Origin: an uncultured Gammaproteobacteria bacterium
GTDB taxonomy: Bacteria > Pseudomonadota > Gammaproteobacteria > JACCXJ01
Assembly: GCA_963764725.1 (NCBI GenBank)
Contig: CAVXTM010000004.1
Location: forward strand, 1-64,000
DNA: 64,000 nt
Reading direction: 5' to 3'
Below the pieces are notes generated by a model, which did not search any database, was not told where the DNA came from, and saw nothing but the letters and a program-made list of their open reading frames with translations. Shown one piece after another: positions 40,323 through 50,814 of this stretch. The stretch's first letter is position 1; each line of letters begins with the position of its first letter. The translations under genes and the position numbers were made by a program.

Positions 40323-41890
40323 GTGGACGCCTCCTCAGCCGTCGTCACGCTCCTGGGTGGGCTCGGCATGTTCCTGCTCGGGATCCATCACCTCACCGAG
40401 GGCCTGAAGGATCTCGCGGGCGACTCGCTGCGCCGCGCGCTCCAGAGGCTCGTCTCCGGGCCGCTCAGCGCCATCGCGTCGGGCGTGGTCTTCACCGTCC
40501 TGATCCAGTCCTCGACCGCGGCCATCCTCACCGTCATCGGCTTCGTCAGCGCGGGACTGATGACGTTCGCGCAGGCGATCGGCGTGATCATGGGCGCGAC
40601 GCTCGGCACGACCTCGACGCCGTGGATGGTGGCGTTCTTCGGCTTTCGCGTGAGGATCGCGAGCTTCGCCATGCCCATCCTCGGTGTCGGCGCCCTGCTG
40701 TGGCTCGTCGCCAAGGGCCGGACGCGATCGCTCGGCGCGCTGCTCGCGGGCTTCGGGCTGCTCTTCACCGGGATCGACTACATGCAGACGGGGATGGAGG
40801 GCGTCTCGTGGAACTTCGAGCGTTCACCGGCCCCGGCTCGATGTGGATCCTCGCCGGGATCGGGATCGTCATGACGATCGTCATGCAGAGCTCGAGCGCA
40901 GCCGCTGCGACGACGCTCGTGGCCTTGAATGCGGGCGCGCTGACCTTCGAGCAGGGCTGCGCGCTGATCGTCGGGCAGAGCATCGGAACGACCGGCGACG
41001 ACCGCGCTGGTGATGATCGGCGCGGGCCTCGCGGTGCGGCGCGCGGCGCTGGCGCACATCCTCTTCAGCTCGATCGCCGGCGTCCTCGCTATGGTGTTGC
41101 TCGGGCCGCTCACGGCAGCCGCGGACTGGGTGGGCTCCCGGCTCGACGATCCCGATGGCGTGCTGGCTCTCGCGGCATTCAGCAGCATCTTCAAGCTCGC
41201 GGGCGTCGTCGCGTTCTATCCGTGGCTCGATCACTTCGCGCGGTTCATCTCTCGGATCTCCGGGAACAGGCAGCGAGTCGGCCGTCAGCCGCCTCGAGCC
41301 GACCCTCGCCGAAGCAGGAGGAGCGGTCGCGCTCGAGGCCGCCTGGCGGGCGATCCTGGAGGTCGCGCATGGAGCAGTCGATGCAGTCCGCCGCCGGCTC
41401 GCCGGCGCATCCGTCAACGTACGACCCGCCGAGCGAGGCGGTCCAGCAGATCGAGCACTTCCTCGAATCGCTTTCGCTGGAAACCACCGATCTGGGCACG
41501 ATCGGGCCCCGCCTGGTCCGGCTCGTCCACGCGCTCGATCACCTGACGCAGCTGCACGACGACCTCACGCGCATTCCGCCGGCCGTGAGTGGCTGGCAGC
41601 CGCCGGCCAGCTTCGAGGCGGGCTCGCGGGCGCTCGCTGCGTGGCTCGACGCCACCCGGGACCCCGAGGCGGTGCCCGCTCCGGCCACCTTCGAGGCCGT
41701 CGAACGCGCCTCGCAACAGATCGGTGTCGAGTGCAAGGCCGCCCGCGAGAAGATGCTGGAGGACGTCGCTTTGCAACGCACGCCGGCGGCGACGGCCCGC
41801 GCGGCTCTCGACACGCTCGCATGGGCCGACGGCGCCTTCTACCACGCATCGGCTCTGGCCGAATCGCTGAGAATCGCCTCGACCGGATAG
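40323..41890 (+). CDS. Na+/Pi cotransporter family protein (several frameshifts)
   Basis: LGGLGMFLLGI, two QSS repeats, GATLGTT / GQSIGTT. Confidence 0.8.
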
Positions 41891-41985
41891 CTGCCGTTGT
41901 CGGCGATAGCCGGGACCCGTCGGCCGTTCCAGGACTTACAAGACGAGCGATCGCGCACGGACGAGTCGTGCCCATATCAGCGCGT

Positions 41986-42116
41986 GAGCTGATGCCCTCG
42001 GTTTCCCGGTAAGCAGGAGAGTCGCGAACCGTGGAAGTTCCTGCAAATCGAGCCTCTGATAAAGCAGTCGGGCGCCGATAACCCGCTACTTCTGCAGCTT
42101 AAGGTCGCCGATAAGC
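41986..42116 (+). repeat. ~130-bp copy of patatin gene segment 36103-36235
   Basis: Direct alignment with few mismatches. Confidence 0.92.
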
Positions 42117-42395
42117 GACCTCTCTTCTTGTTCATTTTGTTCACAGTCTTAAAAAGCAGGCAGAGAATCTGTCTGAGCACAAAACCCCGTACGGGTTTTC
42201 AGTGGCGAAAACACCAACCGACAAGGCGCAGAAGAACCACTTATTGCTTCCGTGAGGAGGGTATGGGAAGCTAACGCGCGGTCAAAGGCCTACGGCGCTT
42301 GTCGGGTACCAGTCTATGTATGAAGGGACATTTCATACGGCCCTGCGCGTGGTTCTTTCGAGTCTTGTTTTCGTTGCGCATGCCGGAGGTGACAC

Positions 42396-43622
42396 ATGGC
42401 AGCCATCGATGGTCTGACTGAGGTGGCGGGTTGGGCCGCCCAGGCAGAGAGCACGGCGAGATCCGTCATCTGGCAGGACCAGTCGGCGATCGATGCTGCA
42501 ACGACCAAGGTGGCCCGATCCCTGGCACAGGACCGCGTTGCTCTTAGCAGGCCGGGCCTTTCCGCTGTGGAACCTTCAGACATCTGGCGCCGGCGGCTGG
42601 CCGAAATGGTCGACCCGGACCGGGATCAACGGGGCGACCCGCCTCCGGCGGATCCGGTCGTGGCAGCGGCTCAGGCTGAGGCCAACGCGGACGCAGCGGT
42701 CGCGGTGGCGCGGCTGTCCCTGATAGAGGCCCACCGGGCTGTTCTCGCAGCTCGGAGCTCGGCGTTGCGAGCGGGCGATTCAGAGGCCGTAGCCGCCGCA
42801 GTCCACGGGTACCGGGTTCTGCCGCCGGGCAACCCTGCGCTGCGACACGGTCAGGCGCTCGGCGCCGGTGTGAATGCCGAGTTCGCCAATGTCCTACATC
42901 GCCGCCCGCGGTCGATCCTGATCAGATTGGCCGTCGGCCTGGGCATCGGTCTCGCCTACCTCGGGTTCCTTCGGCTCTTCCACTGGGACACCAAGTCCGA
43001 GATGCTACCGTATCTCGCCATATACGCGTTGTCCGGCGTGATCGGCGGCGTGGTCTGCACCAACGCGCTGAGTTGGGACGCCAGCCGGGTCCGGACGGAG
43101 TTAACCAGCGGAAGGCGTCTGTGGCACCTGTTGATGAGCAAGAACGCGACGATGTTTCTGCTGGTCGGCGCCGTCGGCGTGGTGCTCAGCGTGCTGCTGG
43201 CCTGGCTGGCCGGAGACTTCGCGACACTCGTCAAGGCGCTCGGCGAGCTGGTAACGATGATGCTGGTCTGGCTCGGCGTTGGAAACGTGTTGTCGGTGCT
43301 CTCGCCCTTGCGTGTGGAACCGCTGAAGGAGCGTCTCTACGACGGCACTCTCAAACCGTTCCTGCTCTCGTTCGCGATCTCCTACGTCGTCGGCCTAGGG
43401 GTCAACCTCATGCTGACCTGGAAGGTGTGGGCGAAGCAATCGATGATCGAAGAGCTCGGCGGTACGTGGGTGCCGGTGCTCATGCTCGTAACGAGCGCGT
43501 TCGTGACCTACCTGCTGCTGACAGTTGCGGCCATCAGCCTGGCCCATCAGCCTCAGATACGTCGGGCCCTGCTGCGAGAGATGGTTGAATACAAGGCAGT
43601 CAAGGCAGGCGGAAGCGGCTGA
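42396..43622 (+). CDS. hypothetical protein: Ala-rich helical N-region + multi-TM permease-like C-region
   Basis: GGAGG RBS, long ORF with about 6 TM segments. Confidence 0.7.
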   Translation: MAAIDGLTEVAGWAAQAESTARSVIWQDQSAIDAATTKVARSLAQDRVALSRPGLSAVEPSDIWRRRLAEMVDPDRDQRGDPPPADPVVAAAQAEANADAAVAVARLSLIEAHRAVLAARSSALRAGDSEAVAAAVHGYRVLPPGNPALRHGQALGAGVNAEFANVLHRRPRSILIRLAVGLGIGLAYLGFLRLFHWDTKSEMLPYLAIYALSGVIGGVVCTNALSWDASRVRTELTSGRRLWHLLMSKNATMFLLVGAVGVVLSVLLAWLAGDFATLVKALGELVTMMLVWLGVGNVLSVLSPLRVEPLKERLYDGTLKPFLLSFAISYVVGLGVNLMLTWKVWAKQSMIEELGGTWVPVLMLVTSAFVTYLLLTVAAISLAHQPQIRRALLREMVEYKAVKAGGSG

Positions 43623-43989
43623 GAGGGCACGCGCCGCGCCAGCAATACTAGACGCACGGCCTTGCCCACGAGTCGTCAAACGGCGCGCCGTCGGAAGGAA
43701 CAGGCCAAGCAGAAACAACCACAAAATCGCCGACACGGCTTCGAACTCCCGAAGCTACGGCCGGCGCCGCCTACATTACTCGCCCGGCGATTGTTAACGA
43801 GCGGCTCAAGCGCAATCGCGTAGGCCAACTCGTACTGCAACTCAAGACGGCACCACGCATACTCGCGCCCCAGTTGCGTGCCGCAATTGTCCCGAGCGCG
43901 CCGGCCAACGCGAATGCCTCCTCAGCTGAGCACGGTGACGTAGCCGACCTATAACCCCGACAATTCCCCAATTCTGGACCGAGATAGCG

Positions 43990-44028
43990 CGTGTTTGACA
44001 GCTAATAGATTTCGGTCGTATCTTCCCT
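43990..44028 (+). repeat. copy of intergenic segment 36623-36660
   Basis: cgtgtttgacagctaatag..ttcggtcgtatcttccct at both sites. Confidence 0.9.
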
Positions 44029-44082
44029 CTTGGAGAAAAAAGGCTTTTGAAATTCTTATTCCCATTCCCGAGGACTAGGCCG

Positions 44083-45097
44083 ATGTTCGGAAACGCCGTC
44101 CCGATCGCCGCCGCGCTGATGGCAGTCTTCATGGTCGCTGTGCCCGCACCGGTCCACGCCAATCCCCGTGCCGCAACGCTGCTGGCCCAGTTTCCGTTCA
44201 GCGACGGCGAACGGAAGCGGATCATGGCAGGCGAGCTGGTGACCACGGCGAGCAGGGAGAAGACCTCGGATCGCGAACTGGCGATCACGATGGCGTTTCT
44301 GATCAGCAAGTCACCCGCCGATCTGGTTGAAAGGTTCGGGAAGGCCTCCGACTACGGCACCGACAAGTCCGCGACCGCACATGGCGAGCTGCGCGGCGCC
44401 GGCAGCCTTGCCGACCTGCAGCGCCTGCGCCTCGAGCCCAACGGCGACGCGGAAGCGCGGCGCTTCGCCGACGCCAAGGCCGGCGACGAGCTCAATCTGT
44501 CGAGTACGGAGATCACCGCCCTTCGCAGCGCTACCCGACAAGAGCAAGGCCGCGGTCGAGGCAGAGCTGCGTAAGCTGCTCCTGGCCCGGTACCAGGACT
44601 ACCGCGCCAAGGGGCTGGCCGGGATCGCCCCTTATGACCGCGGCGGCGGCAAGACGACCAATCCTGCGCAGGATCTGACCCGGGCGACCAAGGCATCGCC
44701 CATCCTGGCCAGGGAAGCGCCCGAGGTCGTCGCCGCGTTGCTCAACTTCCCGAAGTCGCAGCCGGCGAAGGCGACGGCGAGGTTCTTCTGGGTGAACTTC
44801 GAGGTCGATAAGCGGCCGACCATCGCCCTGACGCATCGGCTCGTCACCCCGCAGGACGACGGGACGTACGTGTTCGCCGATCGCCACTACTACGTCAGCC
44901 GCAGCCACAACGCCGTGCAGGCGGTCGCCGGGATCTTCCCGGTCCAGGAGGGGGCGCTCGTCATCTATGCGAACCGCACCTTCACCGATCAGCTTGGGGG
45001 CTTCGGCGCCAGCGCGAAGCAGGCGATCGGCCGCAGGATCATGAGCGGACAGATCGCGGCGCTCTACGAACAAATCCGCGCGCAGTCCAGGAAGTGA
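44083..45097 (+). CDS. secreted hypothetical protein (frameshift near 44535)
   Basis: Signal peptide. Two overlapping GC3-biased frames join. Confidence 0.65.
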
Positions 45098-45196
45098 AGG
45101 CATCGGAGACAGCGCGGGCCGGCAAGCCAAAGGCAGCCGGAGCGTAACGTGGTAAAGAAATTTCTTATGATCCAACCGTAAATCCCAGGGGACAGT

Positions 45197-46822
45197 ATGA
45201 GAAACATATACGATCTCGTAAGCCCACTCGATTTCCGTTATTACGGAGATGATCCACACGTTTTTCGGCGCGTACAGCCATATTTATCTGAGGCAGCGTT
45301 TATTAAATATCAAGCACGTGCTGAACGAGCGCTTATATCGACATTCTTTGATTTAGGGTGGTGCCCCCCAGCTCACGCAGACGAGATATTAAAAGCGTGC
45401 GACGGAGTGACGGCTGATGAGGTCTATGAGGAAGAGAAGAAAACGGGCCACGTTGTTCGTGCTTTAGTGAACTGCATTGCCAGGATGGTAAGTAGTGACG
45501 CAGCACGTTTGGTACACCTTTTTGCAACGTCTGCTGACATAACAGACACAGCAAATGCGTTACGGTTTCAAGAATTTGTGCGTGACATATTGTTGCCGGA
45601 TCTTCTGGAATTTCAAATAACACTAATTAAGCTTGCCCGGCAGCACGCGAGAACACCTCAAATCGGACGAACACATGGTCGTCATGCTGAACCTATTACG
45701 TTCGGATTTGCTATGGCTTTGTACGTGGACCGTCTGGGTGGGCGTATAAAATTATTAGAAGACACTCGACAGAAACTTCCTGGGCAACTTTCTGGTGCGG
45801 TGGGAGCTTATAACGCGCTTTCCCTCCAACTGCCACGCGGGGCCGTTATGTTCGAGAAACTCTTTCTTTCGCACCTTGGGCTTCAAGCGGCACCTGGAAG
45901 CATATCAAGTCAGGTTGTTCAGCCGGAGTATATAACGGATCTCGGCTATGCAGCGCACTCCTGTTTCTCTGTGCTTGCAAATTTGGCTGATGATATCCGC
46001 CATCTTCACAGAAGTGAGATAGGAGAGGTGCAGGAGCAATTTTCTGCGGACACGGTCGGTTCGTCCACCATGCCGCACAAACTAAATCCAAAGAACTTTG
46101 AAAATGTGAAGGGCATGTGGAAGGCTTTTGCCCCTAGGATAACAACACTCTTGATGGATCAAATCTCTGAACACCAACGCGATCTTACAAATTCGGCGTC
46201 GCAACGGTTTCTCCCTGAACTTTTCGTGGCACTCGATTATTGCACGGTCCGCCTAAATAGAGCGATTAGTGCACTACGCATAAATGAAGAGGAGATGCGG
46301 AAGAATATAGAAATGAGCAAAGAGCACATTGTCGCCGAGCCACTATATATCTTATTGGCCTTACAGGGCTATTCGAAGGCTTACGAACGAGTACGAGCTC
46401 TTGCAAGGGAAGCTCGTGAAGGGGGCAAGCGTTTAATCGATTTAGCTCGTGAAGACACGGATATTGGGCCTCGCATTAAGGGTTTGAAACCGGAGCATCT
46501 GGGCATATTGGAGGATCCAACAAAATACATTGGGCAGGCATATGAACGAACTGTTGCTGTCTGTGATCAAAGAGAGCGGGAGATAAATGAATTGCGCGAA
46601 TACTTGAAGGAAGAGAAAGAAGTCTTAAGTAGCAGTAAGACGGAACGGTTTTCCGCGATATACGCGCAACTTCGCGCTCTCGAAGAAGGGGAAGCGCCTC
46701 CAGAAGGTTTTTGTCCCGCAGAAGATCGCCAAGAATTGATAAAGGCTTGGATAGAAGACGCTAAACTCAATAAACAATCACAGAATAACATCGTAGAAAT
46801 GAAAACCGGGGTAAACGGCTAG
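45197..46822 (+). CDS. purB: divergent adenylosuccinate lyase-family protein with C-terminal extension
   Basis: SPLDFRY, ATSADI.DTA, GRTHGRHAEP.TFG, GSSTMPHKLNP..FEN, EHQRDLTNS. Confidence 0.8.
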   Translation: MRNIYDLVSPLDFRYYGDDPHVFRRVQPYLSEAAFIKYQARAERALISTFFDLGWCPPAHADEILKACDGVTADEVYEEEKKTGHVVRALVNCIARMVSSDAARLVHLFATSADITDTANALRFQEFVRDILLPDLLEFQITLIKLARQHARTPQIGRTHGRHAEPITFGFAMALYVDRLGGRIKLLEDTRQKLPGQLSGAVGAYNALSLQLPRGAVMFEKLFLSHLGLQAAPGSISSQVVQPEYITDLGYAAHSCFSVLANLADDIRHLHRSEIGEVQEQFSADTVGSSTMPHKLNPKNFENVKGMWKAFAPRITTLLMDQISEHQRDLTNSASQRFLPELFVALDYCTVRLNRAISALRINEEEMRKNIEMSKEHIVAEPLYILLALQGYSKAYERVRALAREAREGGKRLIDLAREDTDIGPRIKGLKPEHLGILEDPTKYIGQAYERTVAVCDQREREINELREYLKEEKEVLSSSKTERFSAIYAQLRALEEGEAPPEGFCPAEDRQELIKAWIEDAKLNKQSQNNIVEMKTGVNG

Positions 46823-46870
46823 AGAATCTCGTTTCGTATATTCGAAGAGAAAACAAATGCGAGCGGGAAC

Positions 46871-46918
46871 GGGGTCTGCTCTTGAAATATCCGTTTCTTA
46901 TATTTCAAGACTCGGCCC
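46871..46918. repeat. REP-like hairpin
   Basis: tcttgaaatat / atatttcaaga 11-bp stem inside ggggtc...ccc. Confidence 0.5.
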
Positions 46919-47018
46919 ATTTATTCGCAGTTGGAGCCCGCGGCAGCTACACGGAAGCTATGTATAACCGGAGCCCTGGGCCGGGCGAGATGTCCCGACT
47001 CGGCATGGCAACGCTGCG

Positions 47019-47095
47019 AAAAAAAGAGGCGGGGTAAGGAGGTGGTACCCCGCCTTAAGGGGTGGAGCCGAGCAGTAAAATCAAGAGAAGTTGCT
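47019..47095 (-). ncRNA. candidate small RNA ending in an intrinsic terminator with an anti-SD loop
   Basis: Minus strand: ctccacccctt-aggcggggta-ccacctcct-taccccgcct-cttttttt. Confidence 0.5.
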
Positions 47096-47126
47096 AACTA
47101 AAACTGTTAACGTCGCGTTTCAAGGC

Positions 47127-47141
47127 TGTTGCAGTGCAACA
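47127..47141. promoter_or_regulatory. palindromic operator (PhaR/AniA-like TGC-N3-GCA)
   Basis: TGTTGCAGTGCAACA. Confidence 0.5.
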
Positions 47142-47268
47142 ACTATAGAGTGGATCCCGCAACCGTTCAACAACATTTTGTTAACCATATTGTTTCCTCT
47201 CGTGAAACAATGACCTGCATGGATACTGGGACGCGTTTTTTCCTCGAATACTGGCGCGGATCGCCGCC

Positions 47269-47600
47269 ATGAAACCCCGACCTTGATGGTGCAGGGCACG
47301 ACTTCGGACGCGGGAAAGAGCGCGCTGGTCACGGGCTTGTGCCGCCTGCTCGCGGCCTGCGACGCGCTGCTACGCTGGGCGGGCCTGCGCGAGCCGCAAA
47401 CGCCCGATTACCACCAGATCCGCGACGCGAACATCGACCGGCTGGCTTATGCTTGCGAAACACACCTCGATCTTGGCGCCATCGAGCGCATCTTGGGAAT
47501 CGATGCCGCGAGCAGCAGAGAGCACGCAGTCTAAAACTTTGATCCTGAGCGGGATGCGCTCGGGCAAGAGCCGGCTGGCCCAGCAACGTGCTAGCGATCA
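47269..47600 (+). pseudogene. cobQ: cobyric acid synthase with most of its middle deleted, followed by a cobU 5' fragment
   Basis: LMVQGTTSDAGKS.LVTGLCRLL joined to ACDALLRWAGL...DRLA..CE.HLD, then LILSGMRSGKSRLA. Confidence 0.8.
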
Positions 47601-47661
47601 TGCTGGTTTGACGGTGCCTGCGATCCGCTTTACTATTTAGTAAAGCAATGAGGTGATCCCA

Positions 47662-47889
47662 ATGACCGTGGCAACCCTGAGTTCAAAATCGCAAATCGTA
47701 TTACCGGCAGAGATGCGAAAGCGGCTTGGCATCCAGGCCGGGGATCGCCTGCTAATCGAGGCGGACGCAGACAGAATTGTCATCCGCAAGGCCCCTCATT
47801 CTTTTACGACTGCCCTAGAAAGCTGCAGTGACGAACTCTGGTGTGGTTACGCAGAAGTCCTCAAGAAGGAGCGGGCTGATTGGGACTGA
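47662..47889 (+). CDS. AbrB/MazE-type antitoxin
   Basis: LSSKSQIVLPAEMRKRLGIQAGDRL. Confidence 0.85.
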   Translation: MTVATLSSKSQIVLPAEMRKRLGIQAGDRLLIEADADRIVIRKAPHSFTTALESCSDELWCGYAEVLKKERADWD

Positions 47890-48314
47890 AGATCCCGGCG
47901 GGCAGCCGCGTCGCGTTCGATACGCCTGTTCTGATCTATTTCCTGGAGCACCACCCGCGGTTTTACCAGGAGGTACAGCAGCTCTTCGAGCGCATGGAGG
48001 GAGGCGATATTCACGGCGTGCTTTCCAGTCTGGCACTAACCGAACTTCTGGTGCCTGCCTTCCGTGTGAGTCAAGCCGACAAGGCCCAGGCTGTGCTCAG
48101 CCTGCTATCCGGATTTCCGAACTTGAACATCTTGGATGTCACGACCTCAATCGCTGTTACAGCGGCACGACTGCGCGGCGAATATAAACTCAATACCCCG
48201 GATGCGCTGCACGCCGCCACAGCTCTGCACGCCAAGGCGAATGCTCTGATCACCAATGACAGGGATTTGCTGCGCCTTGAGTCGGCTGGCTTGCGGGTAG
48301 CCTTGCTGGAGTAG
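47880..48314 (+). CDS. PIN-domain VapC-like toxin
   Basis: [32 protein letters not shown]. Confidence 0.85.
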   Translation: MGLKIPAGSRVAFDTPVLIYFLEHHPRFYQEVQQLFERMEGGDIHGVLSSLALTELLVPAFRVSQADKAQAVLSLLSGFPNLNILDVTTSIAVTAARLRGEYKLNTPDALHAATALHAKANALITNDRDLLRLESAGLRVALLE

Positions 48315-48334
48315 TGACCACTGTTGTATACAGC

Positions 48335-48574
48335 ATGGAAAGCAAGGCAAGAAAGCGATCTCAAGGAATTATCGCCTGGCCTGAAGACGAACGGCCACGC
48401 GAGCGATTGCTTCGGCGTGGTCCGCACGCGGTGACCGACGCAGAGTTGCTTGCCATCCTGTTGCGTGTAGGGTTACAGGGGACCGGCGAACTGATCATTC
48501 CCTATGGCATGGCCGATCACGCCACCGGTTTCGCTACCGTTCCCCTCGATGAAGTGCTGGCTGTCATGCACTAG
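48335..48574 (+). pseudogene. chimera of radC 5' fragment and glycosidase (GH130-like) 3' fragment
   Basis: [13 protein letters not shown]...[12 protein letters not shown] followed by [21 protein letters not shown]. Confidence 0.7.
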
Positions 48575-48592
48575 GAAATACCATCGAACAGC

Positions 48593-49632
48593 ATGACAAA
48601 ACCATACAAAAGAGTGGCTCTCCTGTCGCCGATAGCCTGGCGAACGCCTCCTCGGCAATACGGCGCCTGGGAAACGGTAGCTAGCAACATCACCGAAGGA
48701 CTCGTCGCCCGTGGCTGGGATGTAACGTTGTTCGCCAGCGGGGATTCTGTAACTCGCGCTCATCTGCATGCCGTGGTGGACCAGGGATATGAAGAGGATC
48801 GCGCCGTCGATCCCAAAGTAGCCGAATACCTTCACATCTCCGAAGCGTTCGAGCACGCTGCTGAGTTTGACCTCATCCACAGCCACTACGACTTCATGGC
48901 CTTGACCTACACCCGGTTGGTCAAGACACCGGTCCTCACTACCATCCACGGATTCTCGTCAGCCAAAATCATGCCCGTCTATCAGAAGTATCGTGACGGA
49001 TACTTTGTTTCCATCAGCGACTCCGATCGAGCGCCGGGCTGAATTACCTTGCCACGGTCTACAACGGCATCGACCTCTCGTTGTACCCGCTTCAGGAACC
49101 CAGCGGTGATGACCTGATTTTCCTCGGTCGGATCCACCCGGATAAGGGTGTTCATCTGGCCATCGAGGTTGCTCGTCTGAGCGGGTTGCGTTTGATCATC
49201 GCTGGTATTATTCAGGATGAGGCCTATTTCCGGGAGCAGATCAAACCCCATCTCGATGATCAAAACATCCTTTATATCGGACCGGTGGGCGTGGCGGGAA
49301 AAAACGAATTGTTCGCCCGGGCCCGAGCTCTACTGCACCTGAACACCATCCCGGAGCGATTCGGACTTGTCCTGGTCGAAGCAAATGCCGCCGGCGTACC
49401 CGTCATCGCGATGGACCTCGGATCTTGCCGTGAGGTGATCAAGGACGGGCGGACCGGTTTTCTGGTTGACAACGTCCCTGAAGCAGTGCGGGCCCTTGGA
49501 CGAATTTCTGAAATCGATCGTCGTGCCTGCCGCAGCCGTGTCCGGCAATGCTTTTCGATCGATACCATGGTGGAGGGATACGAACGGGTTTACTCGACGA
49601 TTTTTGATCTGGAGGCGAAGAGACGACCATGA
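48593..49632 (+). CDS. GT4 glycosyltransferase (frameshift near 49040)
   Basis: TPPRQYGAWE, FLGRIHPDKG, ERFGLVLVEANAAGVPVIA. Confidence 0.85.
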
Positions 49633-50564
49633 AGCCGGACATTGTCAGACGATACCGCCACAACCCCATCCTCACCAAGGCCAAGATCCCCTACCCAGTG
49701 GAAACCGTTCACAACGCGGCGGTGGTGAAGCATGAGAACGAATACATCATGCTTTTCCGCTCCCATCTCCGCACGGGACGGTCCATCATTGGTCTGGCAC
49801 GCAGTCCCGACGGATTTCACTTCACCGCCGATCCACAGCCCTTTCTGATTCCGGACCGGGACAACCCTTTTGCCGCCTATGAAGAGTTCGGCGTGGAGGA
49901 CCCACGCGTGACCCGGCTGGAAGGGGAGTACATCATCACCTACAGCGCCTACTCGCGAAATGGAGTGCGGATCGCCCTGGCCAAGACGAAGGACTTCAGT
50001 CAGGTGGAAAGAGTTTCTCTAATCACGCAGGCGGATTATCGAAATGTGGTGATCTTTCCCGAGAAGTTTGACGGACTTTATGCCCGGCTTGACCGTCCTC
50101 ATTCGGAAATCGCCCCCTGGTCAATCTGGATTTCCTATTCTCCGGATCTATGCTATTGGGGCCAATCTCAGCTCATCATGAAGCCTGAACCATATCACTG
50201 GGATGAAATGAAGATCGGTCCCGGCGCACCGCCGATCAAAACGGACCAGGGATGGCTTTCCATCTATCACGGAGTTTTCCGAACTATGGATGGATCGGTC
50301 TATCGTTTGGGGGTTGCTCTTCATGACCTGCAGAACCCAGCAAAGATCATCGGTGTGGGCGACTCGTGGATTTTGCAACCGGAAGATCCTTGGGAAATAA
50401 CTGGATATGTCCACAACGTGGTCTTCACCTGTGGTGCCGTTCCGGAGTCCGATGGAACCGTGAAAATCTATTGGGGGGGCGCAGACACGGTCATGTGCGT
50501 TGGCGAAGCGAATGTCTCGGATCTGGTTGCACTATGCCTGCATCACGGCAGACCGGCAAAGTAA
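49629..50564 (+). CDS. GH130-family glycoside phosphorylase/hydrolase
   Basis: NPIL, GVEDPRV, KIGPGAPPIKT, YHGV, GYVHNVVFTCG, YWGGAD. Confidence 0.88.
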   Translation: MKPDIVRRYRHNPILTKAKIPYPVETVHNAAVVKHENEYIMLFRSHLRTGRSIIGLARSPDGFHFTADPQPFLIPDRDNPFAAYEEFGVEDPRVTRLEGEYIITYSAYSRNGVRIALAKTKDFSQVERVSLITQADYRNVVIFPEKFDGLYARLDRPHSEIAPWSIWISYSPDLCYWGQSQLIMKPEPYHWDEMKIGPGAPPIKTDQGWLSIYHGVFRTMDGSVYRLGVALHDLQNPAKIIGVGDSWILQPEDPWEITGYVHNVVFTCGAVPESDGTVKIYWGGADTVMCVGEANVSDLVALCLHHGRPAK

Positions 50565-50694
50565 GCATAGAGTTTCAAGAGTCCTAATACGCCGAGATCT
50601 GGATGGTCTGGAGGTACTTCAACGTGAGCGAGCACTTCGGGAAAATGCCTGGTCGAGCGAGGACTGAGGCATTGGTCAAAAGGGCTGGCGTCGG

Positions 50695-50808
50695 CCGTGG
50701 CAACCCTGAGTTCCAAATCGCAATCGTATTACCGGCAGAGATGCGGGCCTATTGGGATTGAACATCCCGGCGGGCAACCGCATTGCGTTCGATACACTTG
50801 TTCTGATC
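50695..50808 (+). pseudogene. internally deleted copy of the abrB-vapC pair at 47666-47937
   Basis: Two adjacent segments align to ~47666-47717 and ~47879-47937. Confidence 0.85.
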
Positions 50809-50814
50809 AATCGC

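Noticed and set aside
36798-40874. 1358-aa ORF and the 691-aa antisense ORF at 38107-40182
   Set aside because: A frameshifted P-type ATPase running into a wrong frame, and an antisense shadow.
36754-49632. Programmed frameshifting in the ATPase, Na/Pi transporter, 44083 gene and GT4
   Set aside because: Single-base indels, often at homopolymers, scattered across unrelated genes. Sequencing error or decay is the simpler explanation.
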